DNA of 64,000 nucleotides from an uncultured virus (IMG/VR IMGVR_UViG_3300033163_000174) (IMGVR_UViG_3300033163_000174); one strand, 5' to 3'; positions 9,431-19,327 are shown, counted from the stretch's first letter. The notes: generated by a model not told the origin, from the letters alone. A program made the numbers and translations.

Positions 9431-11257
9431 TTGGAATTATTAGACATATTTAATTTTGTATTTGAACATTTTCCAGAGATCATTGCGCCCAATTTATTTA
9501 TAGTGGCAGCTGCGGTCTGGTTATGTAATAAAATGAAACAACTCAGACACCCTAGATATTTTATACGCTTTATCACATTTGTAATTTTGGTATTTTTAAT
9601 ATTCAATGCAATTCTTTTAGAGTTCACAAGCCTACCGGCAACTATAGCGCTTATTGTATTACTTGGAATATACTCGGCAACAGCCTACTTAGCATCTAAG
9701 AAGCCGATCTTATTTTCTAAAAGAAAACTAGAAGATTTACGAAATTTGCTTGTTATAGGGTATAGCTTAAATGATGAAAGGCTATTTGAGAAAAAGCCAT
9801 TTTATTTAATTGATTATACAGAGAATTATGAGTTTCAAAAGTTAAAAGCAGAACATTTAAGAGCCCTTGAACGATTTGCAGGTGCCTACGAGGTATATCA
9901 GTTTATAGATGATAAAAAACTATTTGAAGAAGAAATAGCCGATTTATCAAGGAAAAAAGCTTTCTTACTTTATACATTAGGTGATATGAACAAGGCAAAA
10001 CATTATTTGAGTTATATTAAAGATGAATCTGAACCTAATTATTTGATGCTAAAAGCGATGATAGAAGAAAATGCAATGAATCTTGAAACGGCTAGTGAAT
10101 ACTGGCAAAAATCATTAAATGTTACTTCTGAAACAAAAGAGCCTCTATTACAAGCCATGATATATAATAACTATGGAAGACTACGATTCATGGAGGGAAA
10201 CCTTACTGATGCCATTTCATTTTACCGACAGAGCTATGAAATAGCAAAAAACCAAAAGAATCGTGAGATAATACACAGTTCGTTTCAAAATCTTATTCAT
10301 ACAAGCCTTCAAAAAGGTGATAAACAAAAGGCGATACAGTATTTCCAAGAGTATGAAACATTAATTCAGGACAAAACATTAAATGATATGAAAGAAGAGT
10401 TTAACCTTCGTCTGGAAATTTCTAGGCAGAATAAAAACAACAACGAAATTTCAAAAGTGATTGTAGATGGATATAAGAAAATTCATCCCTTGCTATCAAA
10501 GGAAAGGCAGATAATTTTCGATGTAAGCATTCTAAGAATGATGTTTAGCAATAAGATGAACTTTGATCTTGTGATGGATCGCGTAAATGCTAATATAGAC
10601 AAATACTTTACATTGAAAATGCCGGAAAAATATTTTGCTTTGAAAGAAATTAATATTCCTTTACGAGAAATACAATTTCCGCTTTGTCATAAGTATGCTG
10701 TAATTCATAATCGAGTTAATCAATATATGACAAAAGATGCGCTTAGGGATATTGAGGGTTATATTAAAGAGTTAAAAGACTATGAGGTCAACCAAAGATG
10801 TAGAATGGAGCTTGAAAAAGTTAGTATTCAGAAGGAATGGATAAAGCCTTATAAATTTGATGCTATATATAGTTCTATGAGTGATATTAAAGACATTTAT
10901 CAAAAAAACGGTATGCTGATAGAAGCCATATTTACGGACCTGGATATTGCAGATGAGTGCTTTGCACCAGACAATTATTCTGAGAATACTATCAAGCCAG
11001 TTCCTAAAAAGAAGATGGAAGAGCATGTTCAGAAGGCAGCTGAAAGTCTTGCAAAGCTAAAAAAATATCCAAGAGTCGTAGAAGGGAATATTAGATTAGC
11101 TGTATATTACATGGTTTTAAATGAAAAGGAAAAGGCGAAGAAGCACTTCGAAGCTTTTGAGAAAGCAAAGATACCTATTCATCATTTTGCCTTTTGGATT
11201 CAAAGGGACTATGAAGGGTTATGCAAAGAATTTAGTCAAAGAACGGAGCTCATGTAA
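9431..11257 (+). CDS. Membrane-anchored TPR protein
   Basis: About 3 N-terminal TM helices; TPR-like repeats ([20 protein letters not shown]). Confidence 0.7.
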   Translation: MELLDIFNFVFEHFPEIIAPNLFIVAAAVWLCNKMKQLRHPRYFIRFITFVILVFLIFNAILLEFTSLPATIALIVLLGIYSATAYLASKKPILFSKRKLEDLRNLLVIGYSLNDERLFEKKPFYLIDYTENYEFQKLKAEHLRALERFAGAYEVYQFIDDKKLFEEEIADLSRKKAFLLYTLGDMNKAKHYLSYIKDESEPNYLMLKAMIEENAMNLETASEYWQKSLNVTSETKEPLLQAMIYNNYGRLRFMEGNLTDAISFYRQSYEIAKNQKNREIIHSSFQNLIHTSLQKGDKQKAIQYFQEYETLIQDKTLNDMKEEFNLRLEISRQNKNNNEISKVIVDGYKKIHPLLSKERQIIFDVSILRMMFSNKMNFDLVMDRVNANIDKYFTLKMPEKYFALKEINIPLREIQFPLCHKYAVIHNRVNQYMTKDALRDIEGYIKELKDYEVNQRCRMELEKVSIQKEWIKPYKFDAIYSSMSDIKDIYQKNGMLIEAIFTDLDIADECFAPDNYSENTIKPVPKKKMEEHVQKAAESLAKLKKYPRVVEGNIRLAVYYMVLNEKEKAKKHFEAFEKAKIPIHHFAFWIQRDYEGLCKEFSQRTELM

Positions 11258-11991
11258 TGGATTTAATAAAGCAGTATATTTTAGCACTTACAAATTTATA
11301 TGGTCAGGTTCCTGCTGAGCTAGTTGTAGAAATTTATAATAGCCAGAATGAGGACCAGGTTGGCATCGATGATGTTGAGGTGTATTTCTATGAAGATATG
11401 AGTAAGCAGTATGTCTACGCTTACAAAGATCATTTTGTTCATGAGACCATTATAGAAGACAAAGAGTTCAAGTCAATGCGGAAGAAGAAAGCAGATAAGC
11501 CATATTATATTCCGGACAAGGAAGAACTACTTAAGTACTCAAACATGATTTACTATGAAAAGCCAAAGCAGTATGATGATTTATTGAAATACGCTGAGAA
11601 TAATTTCTTCGGCGGAAATTTTGAAAAAGCAGAGATGCTATGCCAAAATATAAGATGGGAATGTATAGAAGGTCCCAATATCCAGCAGATATTTGACCTG
11701 TTCAATACCTTTGAGGTAAATTTCAAAGACGAAAATCAAGTCAACAAAGTCATGCAGCTAGTGATGGACCTTTCTAATAATGTAAGACTCTGGGAGAACA
11801 ATGGTCATACACCGAATGAAATCTTTGAGAAATTTGAAAAGCCTCATTTAAGGCCACTTCCTGATGAGCCATTTGAGTTTGGTGGATCTAATGTAATCGA
11901 CATGAAGACGGAACAGAAAATTGGAAGAAACGACCCATGTCCTTGTGGCAGCGGTAAAAAATATAAGAAGTGTTGTTTAGGGAAACAATGA
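11257..11991 (+). CDS. SEC-C motif protein
   Basis: C-terminal [28 protein letters not shown] motif. Confidence 0.85.
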   Translation: MDLIKQYILALTNLYGQVPAELVVEIYNSQNEDQVGIDDVEVYFYEDMSKQYVYAYKDHFVHETIIEDKEFKSMRKKKADKPYYIPDKEELLKYSNMIYYEKPKQYDDLLKYAENNFFGGNFEKAEMLCQNIRWECIEGPNIQQIFDLFNTFEVNFKDENQVNKVMQLVMDLSNNVRLWENNGHTPNEIFEKFEKPHLRPLPDEPFEFGGSNVIDMKTEQKIGRNDPCPCGSGKKYKKCCLGKQ

Positions 11992-12049
11992 TAAAATCCA
12001 GCTTTCCCTATTACACCAAGAAGTTATGGAAAAATCTTCTGTGAAATAA

Positions 12050-12097
12050 TTGACACAGAGGATATTTCGTGATACAATGTTAGCAAATAAGCATACA
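12050..12097 (+). promoter_or_regulatory. Sigma-A promoter with overlapping palindromic operator
   Basis: TTGACA(12050)-17 bp-TACAAT(12073) with extended TG; TGTTAGC-N6-GCATACA at 12078-12097. Confidence 0.8.
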
Positions 12098-12121
12098 CGC
12101 AATCTTGAAAGGGGTGGTCAG

Positions 12122-12919
12122 TTGATCTCGTTGGATTTTAGAACCAAGAAAAATGGAGTGCCTATTCTCTCAAGAAGAGAGATTGAAGATATAGCAGAAC
12201 AAGTTATTTACTCTTACAAACCAAAACTTGTAAATAGTCCAGGCGTTTTAGACGTGGAGTTATTTATCGAAAACTATGCTGAATTAGAGATGGACTATCA
12301 GGATCTAACTCATGATGGATCTATACTGGGAATGACAGTTTTTAATGATTGTCGCATTCCAGTATATGATGCTGAAAACGAGAAAGCAGTGAGAATGACC
12401 GTAAATGAAGGAACAGTGCTTATAGATAATTCTTTATTAGAGAGCGACCAATTAAGGCGTGGGAGATTTACTTTAGCCCATGAAGCAGCTCATTGGTTAT
12501 TGCATAGGCAGATGTACTTGGAAAATAAAAATCAGATTTCTCTATTTGAAGCATTAGAAATGGAAGAGAAGAAACTCCCTGTCATTAAATGTCGAACTTC
12601 TGACATTGAGTCTAAAGGGAAAAAGGAATTGGTAACTGATGATGAGTGGATGGAATGGCAAGCTGATTATATGGCTTCTGTTTTACTCATGCCAAGAAAA
12701 GCTTTTAGTAGTTTAGTTAAAGAGAAATTTAAATCAGCAAAGATAGATAAAAACTTCTATCGATTAGGTACGGACTTTGAAACGGACCTATGGGCTGAAG
12801 TAATGGCTTATGAAATGGCTGACTTTTTTGAGGTATCTGTTACAGCAGCAAAAATACGTCTTAAAAATCTAGGGTTCATAAAAGACCAACAAGATCGCCA
12901 GCAATATTCTTTAATATGA
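12122..12919 (+). CDS. ImmA/IrrE family Zn metallopeptidase
   Basis: RFTLAHEAAH and EWQADYMAS motifs; probable TTG start after AAGGGGTG. Confidence 0.88.
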   Translation: MISLDFRTKKNGVPILSRREIEDIAEQVIYSYKPKLVNSPGVLDVELFIENYAELEMDYQDLTHDGSILGMTVFNDCRIPVYDAENEKAVRMTVNEGTVLIDNSLLESDQLRRGRFTLAHEAAHWLLHRQMYLENKNQISLFEALEMEEKKLPVIKCRTSDIESKGKKELVTDDEWMEWQADYMASVLLMPRKAFSSLVKEKFKSAKIDKNFYRLGTDFETDLWAEVMAYEMADFFEVSVTAAKIRLKNLGFIKDQQDRQQYSLI

Positions 12920-12985
12920 AATAGAAAGGCAGCTAGCAGCTAATAATGATATTAGTTGCAGCAAGATAGAATGGAGGTGAATTTT

Positions 12986-13369
12986 GTGAGTCCTAATCAA
13001 TTTGGAGATTTTATCGCAAAAAAAAGAAAAGAGAAAGAAATAAGTCTAAGGGGTATGGCAGAATTGCTAGATCTATCTCCCGCTTATTGGAGTGATATTG
13101 AAAAGGGGAGGAGAAATCCACCTAACCTCAATATACTTCATGAGTTAGCAAAAGTACTAGGCTTATCCAATGGTGAGATTGATATGATGGTAGATTTAGC
13201 TTCTGAAGACAGAGATGAAATACCGATGGATTTACCTGACTACATCAAGGAAAGTGACCTAGCAAGAACTGCCCTAAGAAAAGCACGTAAAAAGTCTGAA
13301 ACAAGCGGTACCGATGCAACTAAAAAGGCATGGGAAGACTTTATTAAAGCACTGGATGATGAAGAGTAA
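12986..13369 (+). CDS. XRE-family HTH repressor
   Basis: SLRGMAELLDLSPAYWSDIEKGRRNP; GTG start after GGAGGTG. Confidence 0.9.
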   Translation: MSPNQFGDFIAKKRKEKEISLRGMAELLDLSPAYWSDIEKGRRNPPNLNILHELAKVLGLSNGEIDMMVDLASEDRDEIPMDLPDYIKESDLARTALRKARKKSETSGTDATKKAWEDFIKALDDEE

Positions 13370-13383
13370 GGGGGGAAAATCAT

Positions 13384-13752
13384 ATGACAGAGCTCTTTAA
13401 AGAGATACTACAAAGGGATTTTTATCAGGAGATATTTGACGCTTTGAATGGAGAAATTACCAATAAATATGATGAATATGATCTTACTATGAGAGCTAAT
13501 GTGGTTCATGAAGTATTGGAAGCGTCACTAGATGATATTCAAATACTGCGGGTGTTTAACTTTAACCAAGAAGATGATGACTTTGAATTTGATATTCTTG
13601 TAAATTGTGATATTGAAATTGGTGATTACTTTGCCAGAGAATCAATTCAGGAGTCTGTTCCTCAGTGGTTTCAGTTAAACTGCAGTGCAGTGTTTGAGGG
13701 TCAATCGTTGGAGGATTTTTCAATTAATAGTATTGAAGCTTATAACAAGTAA
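13384..13752 (+). CDS. Acidic hypothetical protein (ImmA-associated domain)
   Basis: GGGGG RBS; between XRE and second ImmA. Confidence 0.7.
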   Translation: MTELFKEILQRDFYQEIFDALNGEITNKYDEYDLTMRANVVHEVLEASLDDIQILRVFNFNQEDDDFEFDILVNCDIEIGDYFARESIQESVPQWFQLNCSAVFEGQSLEDFSINSIEAYNK

Positions 13753-13760
13753 AGGGGGGA

Positions 13761-14486
13761 TTGCCTATGAGGTTAAATAGCGATTTTGTGCCTGTTATTA
13801 GCAAGAGAGAAATGGATGAAGAGGCTACAAAATTTCTAAGAAAGTATTGTCCAGAAGCATTAAAAGATCCAATGCCTGTGCCGGTTGAAGATATTGCAGA
13901 GCTAAAGATGGACCTAGAGATTGATTATGTCAATATTGATAAGGCCTGTGAGACGTTGGGGATGATGATTTTCTCTGATGGTGCAGTTAAGTTATATGAT
14001 CAAGAAAGCGGTCAATATGTTTTAAGGCCATATAAAAGAGGAACATTACTGGTAGAGAGTGACATAAGCGATGTGAGCAATAGAGGCCGTGAACGGTTTA
14101 CAATTACTCATGAAATCGTGCATTGGCATATCCACAAACTTCGATTCACGATGATGGGGTTAATCGATGAATCGTTAGCAAAGGCTTGTAGATGCCCTAA
14201 AGAAAAGACTTATAACCCAAAATCTCCGGAGGAGTGGATGGAGTGGCAAGCAGATAATTTAGCTGCTGCAATCCTTATGCCTGCAGAAATGTTTAAAAGA
14301 AAGGCTATGGAATTTAAGTCGAGCTTTAATGTAGGCTCTAAAATTAATGATACAATGTGGTTAGGGTTTAGCCCAAGTATTATTAATGAATTCATTATTG
14401 ACGGGCTTGCAGACACTTTCCATGTTTCCAAACAAGCGGCAGAAATACGTATTAAGACATTAGGCATAGAGCTATTAAAAACATAA
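13761..14486 (+). CDS. Second ImmA/IrrE family Zn metallopeptidase
   Basis: RFTITHEIVH and EWQADNLAA motifs. Confidence 0.88.
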   Translation: MPMRLNSDFVPVISKREMDEEATKFLRKYCPEALKDPMPVPVEDIAELKMDLEIDYVNIDKACETLGMMIFSDGAVKLYDQESGQYVLRPYKRGTLLVESDISDVSNRGRERFTITHEIVHWHIHKLRFTMMGLIDESLAKACRCPKEKTYNPKSPEEWMEWQADNLAAAILMPAEMFKRKAMEFKSSFNVGSKINDTMWLGFSPSIINEFIIDGLADTFHVSKQAAEIRIKTLGIELLKT

Positions 14487-14527
14487 CGGCATGATCTATC
14501 TTTGTGCTGTTATGTTTTAAAAGGTTA

Positions 14528-14666
14528 TGTTCGCAAGAACGCTAACAAGACGGAGGCGGACAAACTATATTTTTTTACCCTTAGTGTTCGCAAGAACGCT
14601 AACAAGACGGAGGCGGACAAACTATATTTTTTTACCCTTAGTGTTCGCAAGAACGCTAACAAGACG
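14528..14666. repeat. Perfect 57-bp tandem repeat (about 2.4 copies) carrying three palindromic operator-like sites
   Basis: TGTTCGCAAGAACGCTAACAAGACG starts at 14528, 14585, 14642. Confidence 0.95.
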
Positions 14667-14678
14667 AAGAAAAGGGAG

Positions 14679-14843
14679 GTGACGATTATAGCTAAGAAAA
14701 TTAAGTGTCCAAATTGCAATAATAAACGTTTGCTGGACTTAGTAGTCGCAAAAGATGGAGAACTAATGATTAAATGCCCTAAGTGTAGAAGAATCATAGA
14801 TGTTACTTTCCAAGACAATCGAATAAAGGTAAGAGCAATGTAA
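14679..14843 (+). CDS. Small Zn-ribbon protein (Mu Com-like); start uncertain
   Basis: CPNC...CPKC; SD AGGGAGGT followed by ATT/ATA, with GTG overlapping the SD. Confidence 0.65.
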   Translation: MTIIAKKIKCPNCNNKRLLDLVVAKDGELMIKCPKCRRIIDVTFQDNRIKVRAM

Positions 14844-14887
14844 CAAGTGCAATTCATACCGAGCAACGGAGTCGAACCTGAACTACC

Positions 14888-14940
14888 AAATAGCCGGATA
14901 ATCGCTAATTAATTTTAGCGGTTGTCCGGCTATTTTTTTG
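14888..14940 (+). terminator. Strong intrinsic terminator
   Basis: 21-bp stem AAATAGCCGGATAATCGCTAA / TTAGCGGTTGTCCGGCTATTT plus T-tract. Confidence 0.85.
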
Positions 14941-15030
14941 TTTATTTAGGGTTTTTTTAAGCTGCATGTGCAGATAAGCCATTTCAGCCAGTAATAAACT
15001 TTCAAACCAAATTCCAAGGAGGAACAAGTA

Positions 15031-15462
15031 ATGAGTAAAGAGATTAAGATTGGAAAAATTGCAGTGCCTGTGAGTGATGAGCTTTATAAGGAGTACTACA
15101 AAATGAAACGTCGCCAGAGATACCTAGAAGAAGATGTAAAAGTTGGGCGCATTGAAGTGGACATGGAAAATGAAAAAGTCACTTTTGTACCTAATAAAGA
15201 GGATTCCCTTCAGCGCCTAATGGATCTTGGTGCTGATTATAAGGACGAGCTATCAGTAGAAGATTTAGTTGTTGATAAGGCCATGCTCCTTATTTTACAA
15301 GAAGCCATGAAAGAGCTAGATCGACAGGAGAAGGAACTGATTCATGACCTTTTCTATGAAGATATGACAGTTCGGGAGGTAGCTAAGAAAAATAGCACTT
15401 CCCATGTAACTGTGATGAAGCGTAGAGACAAAATTTTGGACAAGCTTAGAAAGTTTTTCTAA
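15031..15462 (+). CDS. Sigma-70 region 4 (sigma-like) regulator
   Basis: C-terminal LIHDLFYEDMTVREVAKK..HVTVMKRRDKILDKLRK HTH. Confidence 0.8.
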   Translation: MSKEIKIGKIAVPVSDELYKEYYKMKRRQRYLEEDVKVGRIEVDMENEKVTFVPNKEDSLQRLMDLGADYKDELSVEDLVVDKAMLLILQEAMKELDRQEKELIHDLFYEDMTVREVAKKNSTSHVTVMKRRDKILDKLRKFF

Positions 15463-15544
15463 AAAGTTGGTTACCAAAGTGACCTCCCCATTGGCTAAGA
15501 AGTGAGGGGGTCACTCCTTAAATATAAATCGAGGTGATGAAAAG

Positions 15545-16252
15545 ATGAACGAGTTAATGAGAGTAAATTACAGCCAAGATGAACCGACGGTATCAGGCCG
15601 TGAACTCCATGAGTTTTTGGAAGTGAAGACCAAGTACAAGGACTGGTTTCCCAGGATGACGGAGTACGGGTTCATTGAAAATCAGGACTTCACATTGGTG
15701 GCTCAAAAAAGAGCAACCAATAATCCTAAGAATCCTTATACGGATATTATGGACCATCAACTTACGATTCCTATGGCAAAAGAAATCTGCATGATTCAAA
15801 GGTCGGAAAAAGGCAAACAAGCCAGGCAATATTTTTTAGCCATAGAAAAAGCCTGGAACACGCCTGAGATGATTATGTCTAGGGCACTAAAGATGGCTGA
15901 ACACAAAATTAATCATCTGGAAGTGGAGAACAGCAGACTCTTAGTTGCCAATATTGCAATGCAGCCAAAGGCAGAGTATTTTGATGAACTGGTGGACCGA
16001 AACCTACTGACAAACTTTAGAGATACTGCCAAGGAACTTAAGGTTCAGGAAAAGAGCTTCATTCAATTCCTACAGGAAAAGAAGTATATCTACAGAGACC
16101 AAAAAGGGAAGCTGAAACCTTATGCAGATAAAAACACAGGCCTATTTGAAATTAAAGAAGCTAAAAACGATAAAACCGGATGGGTTGGCACTCAAACCCT
16201 TATTACACCTAAAGGGAGAGAGACTTTTAGGCTTCTTATAAAAGGAATTTAA
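15545..16252 (+). CDS. Phage antirepressor (AntA/AntB + KilAC)
   Basis: VSGRELHEFLEV, ARQYF, PKAEYFD, TLITPKG motifs. Confidence 0.9.
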   Translation: MNELMRVNYSQDEPTVSGRELHEFLEVKTKYKDWFPRMTEYGFIENQDFTLVAQKRATNNPKNPYTDIMDHQLTIPMAKEICMIQRSEKGKQARQYFLAIEKAWNTPEMIMSRALKMAEHKINHLEVENSRLLVANIAMQPKAEYFDELVDRNLLTNFRDTAKELKVQEKSFIQFLQEKKYIYRDQKGKLKPYADKNTGLFEIKEAKNDKTGWVGTQTLITPKGRETFRLLIKGI

Positions 16253-16339
16253 AAAAATACTAAATTTCTAGTTACCAGACCCCCCTGATAATCGGCTAGT
16301 AAGTGAAGGGGGTTATGCAGTGGAGGAGGTGAGCTAGAT

Positions 16340-16522
16340 ATGACCCAAAAGAAAGGAGAAGAGAAAATGAATGCAACGAAAGAACTTCAAGAAGAAATGG
16401 TAGGTGTACTAACTGCCATAAGTATTGTATCAAAAAGACTAGCTAATCGGCTGGTAGATCTTGAAAAAGAATCCGAAGAGGAGCAAAGAGAAAAACCAAA
16501 AATGAAAGGAGCAAAAAAGTGA
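16340..16522 (+). CDS. Small hypothetical phage protein
   Basis: GGAGGTG RBS; LTAISIVSKRLA helix; overlaps metK start. Confidence 0.65.
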   Translation: MTQKKGEEKMNATKELQEEMVGVLTAISIVSKRLANRLVDLEKESEEEQREKPKMKGAKK

Positions 16523-17733
16523 AAACAAAACCAATATATATCTTTACATCTGAGTCGGTTACAGAGGGACATCCTGATAAGATGTGTGACCAAGTCGCGG
16601 ACGGGATTATGGATGAACTTCTAAGAGAAGACCCAAATGCTAGAACCGCTATAGAAGTTACAGCTGCTAATGGATTCATTCATGTCTTTGGTGAGGTTAG
16701 CACAGATGCCAGGGTGGATTATAGAAAAATAATTAAAGATGTTATTTACGACATCGGATACAGGGCAGACGAACTTGCTACAGATGGTGACTTTTACAGA
16801 ATGCTTATAAATCTTAACACCCAGTCACCGGATATCGCTTTAGGGTTAGATAAAAAGGAAATCGGTGCAGGAGATCAGGGAATGATGTTTGGCTACGCCA
16901 CAGATGAAACAGAGGAGTTAATGCCTCTTACAGCAGTTTTAGCCCATAGGCTTTGCATGAGGCTTTCTGAAGCTAGAAAAACAGGAGAGCTTCCTTATCT
17001 TAAACCCGATGGAAAAGCACAGGTATCCATAGGATACGGGAAAAAGAATAATCCTTTATTCATTAAAGCCATCGTTGTATCTGCCCAACATGCTGAAGGC
17101 GTGGACATCAAGAAGCTGAGAGAAGATGTGATGGAAGAGATTATTTTAAAAGTCATTCCTCATGAGCTTTTAAATAAGGATACGGATATTCTAATCAACC
17201 CTACAGGAAGGTTTGTCTTAGGTGGCCCTGCAGCAGACTCAGGTCTTACTGGAAGAAAGATTATCGTTGATACCTATGGCAGTAAAGGACGTCATGGAGG
17301 GGGATCTTTTTCAGGGAAAGACCCAACAAAGGTTGACCGCTCAGGAGCATATTTAGCCAGATACATTGCAAAGAACATCGTGGCAGCAGGTTTGGCTCAG
17401 GAATGTGAAGTGCAGGTGTCTTACGCAATTGGAGTGGCAAAGCCAGTGTCCTTTAAAGTAGACACCTTTGGAACAGGTAAAATGCCGGATGAAGTTTTGG
17501 CAGAAATCATAAAAGCCTTAATCGATATGAGACCTGGCACCATTATAAAATCCTTTGGTCTTAAAAGACCTATCTACAGACAGTTTGCTGTCTATGGACA
17601 TTTTGGCAGAGAGAAGATGTTCCAAGACGGCATCGAAAGAAACACACCCTGGGAGATGAAGGACCTCGTTCCCATATTAAAAGAAGTCACAAAAGATTTT
17701 ATAGAAAAGAAAGGAGGGCTAAAGGATGAGTAA
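16519..17733 (+). CDS. metK: S-adenosylmethionine synthetase (phage-encoded)
   Basis: FTSESVTEGHPDK, GAGDQG, GGGSFSGKDPTKVDRS, YGHFGR motifs. Confidence 0.95.
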   Translation: MKTKPIYIFTSESVTEGHPDKMCDQVADGIMDELLREDPNARTAIEVTAANGFIHVFGEVSTDARVDYRKIIKDVIYDIGYRADELATDGDFYRMLINLNTQSPDIALGLDKKEIGAGDQGMMFGYATDETEELMPLTAVLAHRLCMRLSEARKTGELPYLKPDGKAQVSIGYGKKNNPLFIKAIVVSAQHAEGVDIKKLREDVMEEIILKVIPHELLNKDTDILINPTGRFVLGGPAADSGLTGRKIIVDTYGSKGRHGGGSFSGKDPTKVDRSGAYLARYIAKNIVAAGLAQECEVQVSYAIGVAKPVSFKVDTFGTGKMPDEVLAEIIKALIDMRPGTIIKSFGLKRPIYRQFAVYGHFGREKMFQDGIERNTPWEMKDLVPILKEVTKDFIEKKGGLKDE

Positions 17734-18103
17734 AATCAAGCTTGCACTGGAAGTGGTAAATGACCTTAAGTCACTTGCTGACAGTATTGAGACCTTGGTT
17801 CATGCCATGGAATCAAATGGTCCTAACCTAGATGATGAGGCTCCAGTGAAGGAAACAAAGAAAAAATCAAAGCCAAAAGCAAAAGAGCCTGAAGTAGAAG
17901 CACCTACAGAAGCAGAAGAAAAGGCTCCAGAAGAAAAGGAACCGACCCTAGAAGAAGTCAGAGCAGCCATGGCAGATAAAAGTAGAGATGGGCATAGAGA
18001 GGCGGTGAAAGCCATCATCACAAAATACGGAGCCAACAACCTATCATCTCTGGACCCTAAGCATTATAGAGCTGCCCTTAAGGAAGTAGGTGAAATCAAA
18101 TGA
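17726..18103 (+). CDS. Conserved phage replication-module hypothetical protein
   Basis: TLEEVRA..LSSLDPKHY C-terminus; upstream of DUF2800. Confidence 0.75.
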   Translation: MSKIKLALEVVNDLKSLADSIETLVHAMESNGPNLDDEAPVKETKKKSKPKAKEPEVEAPTEAEEKAPEEKEPTLEEVRAAMADKSRDGHREAVKAIITKYGANNLSSLDPKHYRAALKEVGEIK

Positions 18104-19236
18104 GTGGATCCTCTAACACCCATTCCGTCTACTCTGCATCAGGAGCACATAGATGGATGAACTGCCCACCTTCAGCTCAGCTAGAGCAGCAGTTTCCAAA
18201 TGAGACAAGCACCTATGCAGAAGAGGGTACAGCAGCTCATGACCTAGCTGAACATAAACTTAAAAAGGCACTGAAGATGCGGTCTAAAAAGCCTACTAGC
18301 CCATATCACTCAGATGAAATGGATGAGATGACTGATCTTTATGTGGAGTACTGCCTAGAACTGATAGAAAAATCTAAAGAGAATTGTAAAGACCTTCAAA
18401 TCTTAATCGAGCAGAAACTGGACTTCAGCGACTATGTACCAGAAGGCTTCGGTACAGGTGACCTAGTTGTAGTAGGTAATGGAACTCTTCATGTAGTGGA
18501 TTTGAAATACGGGAGAGGCGTTATCGTATCAGCAGAAAAGAATCCCCAGATGATGCTTTATGCTCTAGGAGCTTTATCCCTATTCGACATGCTCTATGAC
18601 ATTGAAAGGGTGTCCATGGCTATCGTCCAGCCTAGGGTAGATAACTTTTCCACTTGGGAGATACCAGTAGAAGAGCTTCTAAAGTGGGCTGAAGAAGAAT
18701 TAAAACCTAAAGCATTATTAGCAAGTACCGGCGGCGGGGAATTTTGTGCAGGGGATCACTGTAGGTTCTGTAGGGCAAAGAATCAGTGTAGGGCTAGGGC
18801 AGTTAAAAATTTAGAACTTCTAAAGTATGAATTCCAAGACCCGGCACTTTTAACAGATGAAGAGATTGCAGAAATCATAGGTCTTGCAGAGGAATTATCA
18901 AAATGGGCCAGTGATATTTATACCTACGCTACAGCCCTTGCCATTAACGAAGGTAAGCAGTGGGATGGATTTAAGCTGGTAGAAGGTAGAACCAGAAGGA
19001 AGTACACCGATGAAACCGCAGTAGCTGAAGCTGCTAAAGAAGCTGGATACACAGATATCTTTAAACAGAGTCTTATCACCATAACAGAGATGGAAAAGCT
19101 TATGGGGAAAAAGAAGTTTAAGGAACTACTTGGAAGTTTAGTGGAAAAGCCTAAAGGGAAATTAACTCTTGTCTCTGAGACCGATAAGCGGGAGGCCATA
19201 GATCCAATCCATGCAGAGTTTCAGGTAGAAGAGTAA
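18100..19236 (+). CDS. DUF2800 PD-(D/E)XK nuclease-like protein
   Basis: HRWMNCPPS, EGTAAH, GTGD, DLKYG, CRFC..C. Confidence 0.85.
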   Translation: MSGSSNTHSVYSASGAHRWMNCPPSAQLEQQFPNETSTYAEEGTAAHDLAEHKLKKALKMRSKKPTSPYHSDEMDEMTDLYVEYCLELIEKSKENCKDLQILIEQKLDFSDYVPEGFGTGDLVVVGNGTLHVVDLKYGRGVIVSAEKNPQMMLYALGALSLFDMLYDIERVSMAIVQPRVDNFSTWEIPVEELLKWAEEELKPKALLASTGGGEFCAGDHCRFCRAKNQCRARAVKNLELLKYEFQDPALLTDEEIAEIIGLAEELSKWASDIYTYATALAINEGKQWDGFKLVEGRTRRKYTDETAVAEAAKEAGYTDIFKQSLITITEMEKLMGKKKFKELLGSLVEKPKGKLTLVSETDKREAIDPIHAEFQVEE

Positions 19237-19327
19237 ATGCAAATGTCAGTTTTAAATGCAAGTATCAGTTTTAAATGTAAACAAGCTCAGAGGAGCAAAT
19301 CAAATACAAATTTAGGAGGATTTTAAT

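Noticed and set aside
14528..14666. Possible mini CRISPR array (25-bp repeat + 32-bp spacer)
   Set aside because: The two spacers are identical, so it is a tandem duplication; no cas genes in the window
14502..14678. N-terminal extension of the Zn-ribbon ORF and the antisense ORF 14525-14866
   Set aside because: Both are translations of the 57-bp repeat; the only good SD lies at 14673-14680
18100..19236. Cas4-like protein as evidence for a CRISPR system
   Set aside because: DUF2800 is a standard member of the DUF2800-SSB-PolA phage replication module
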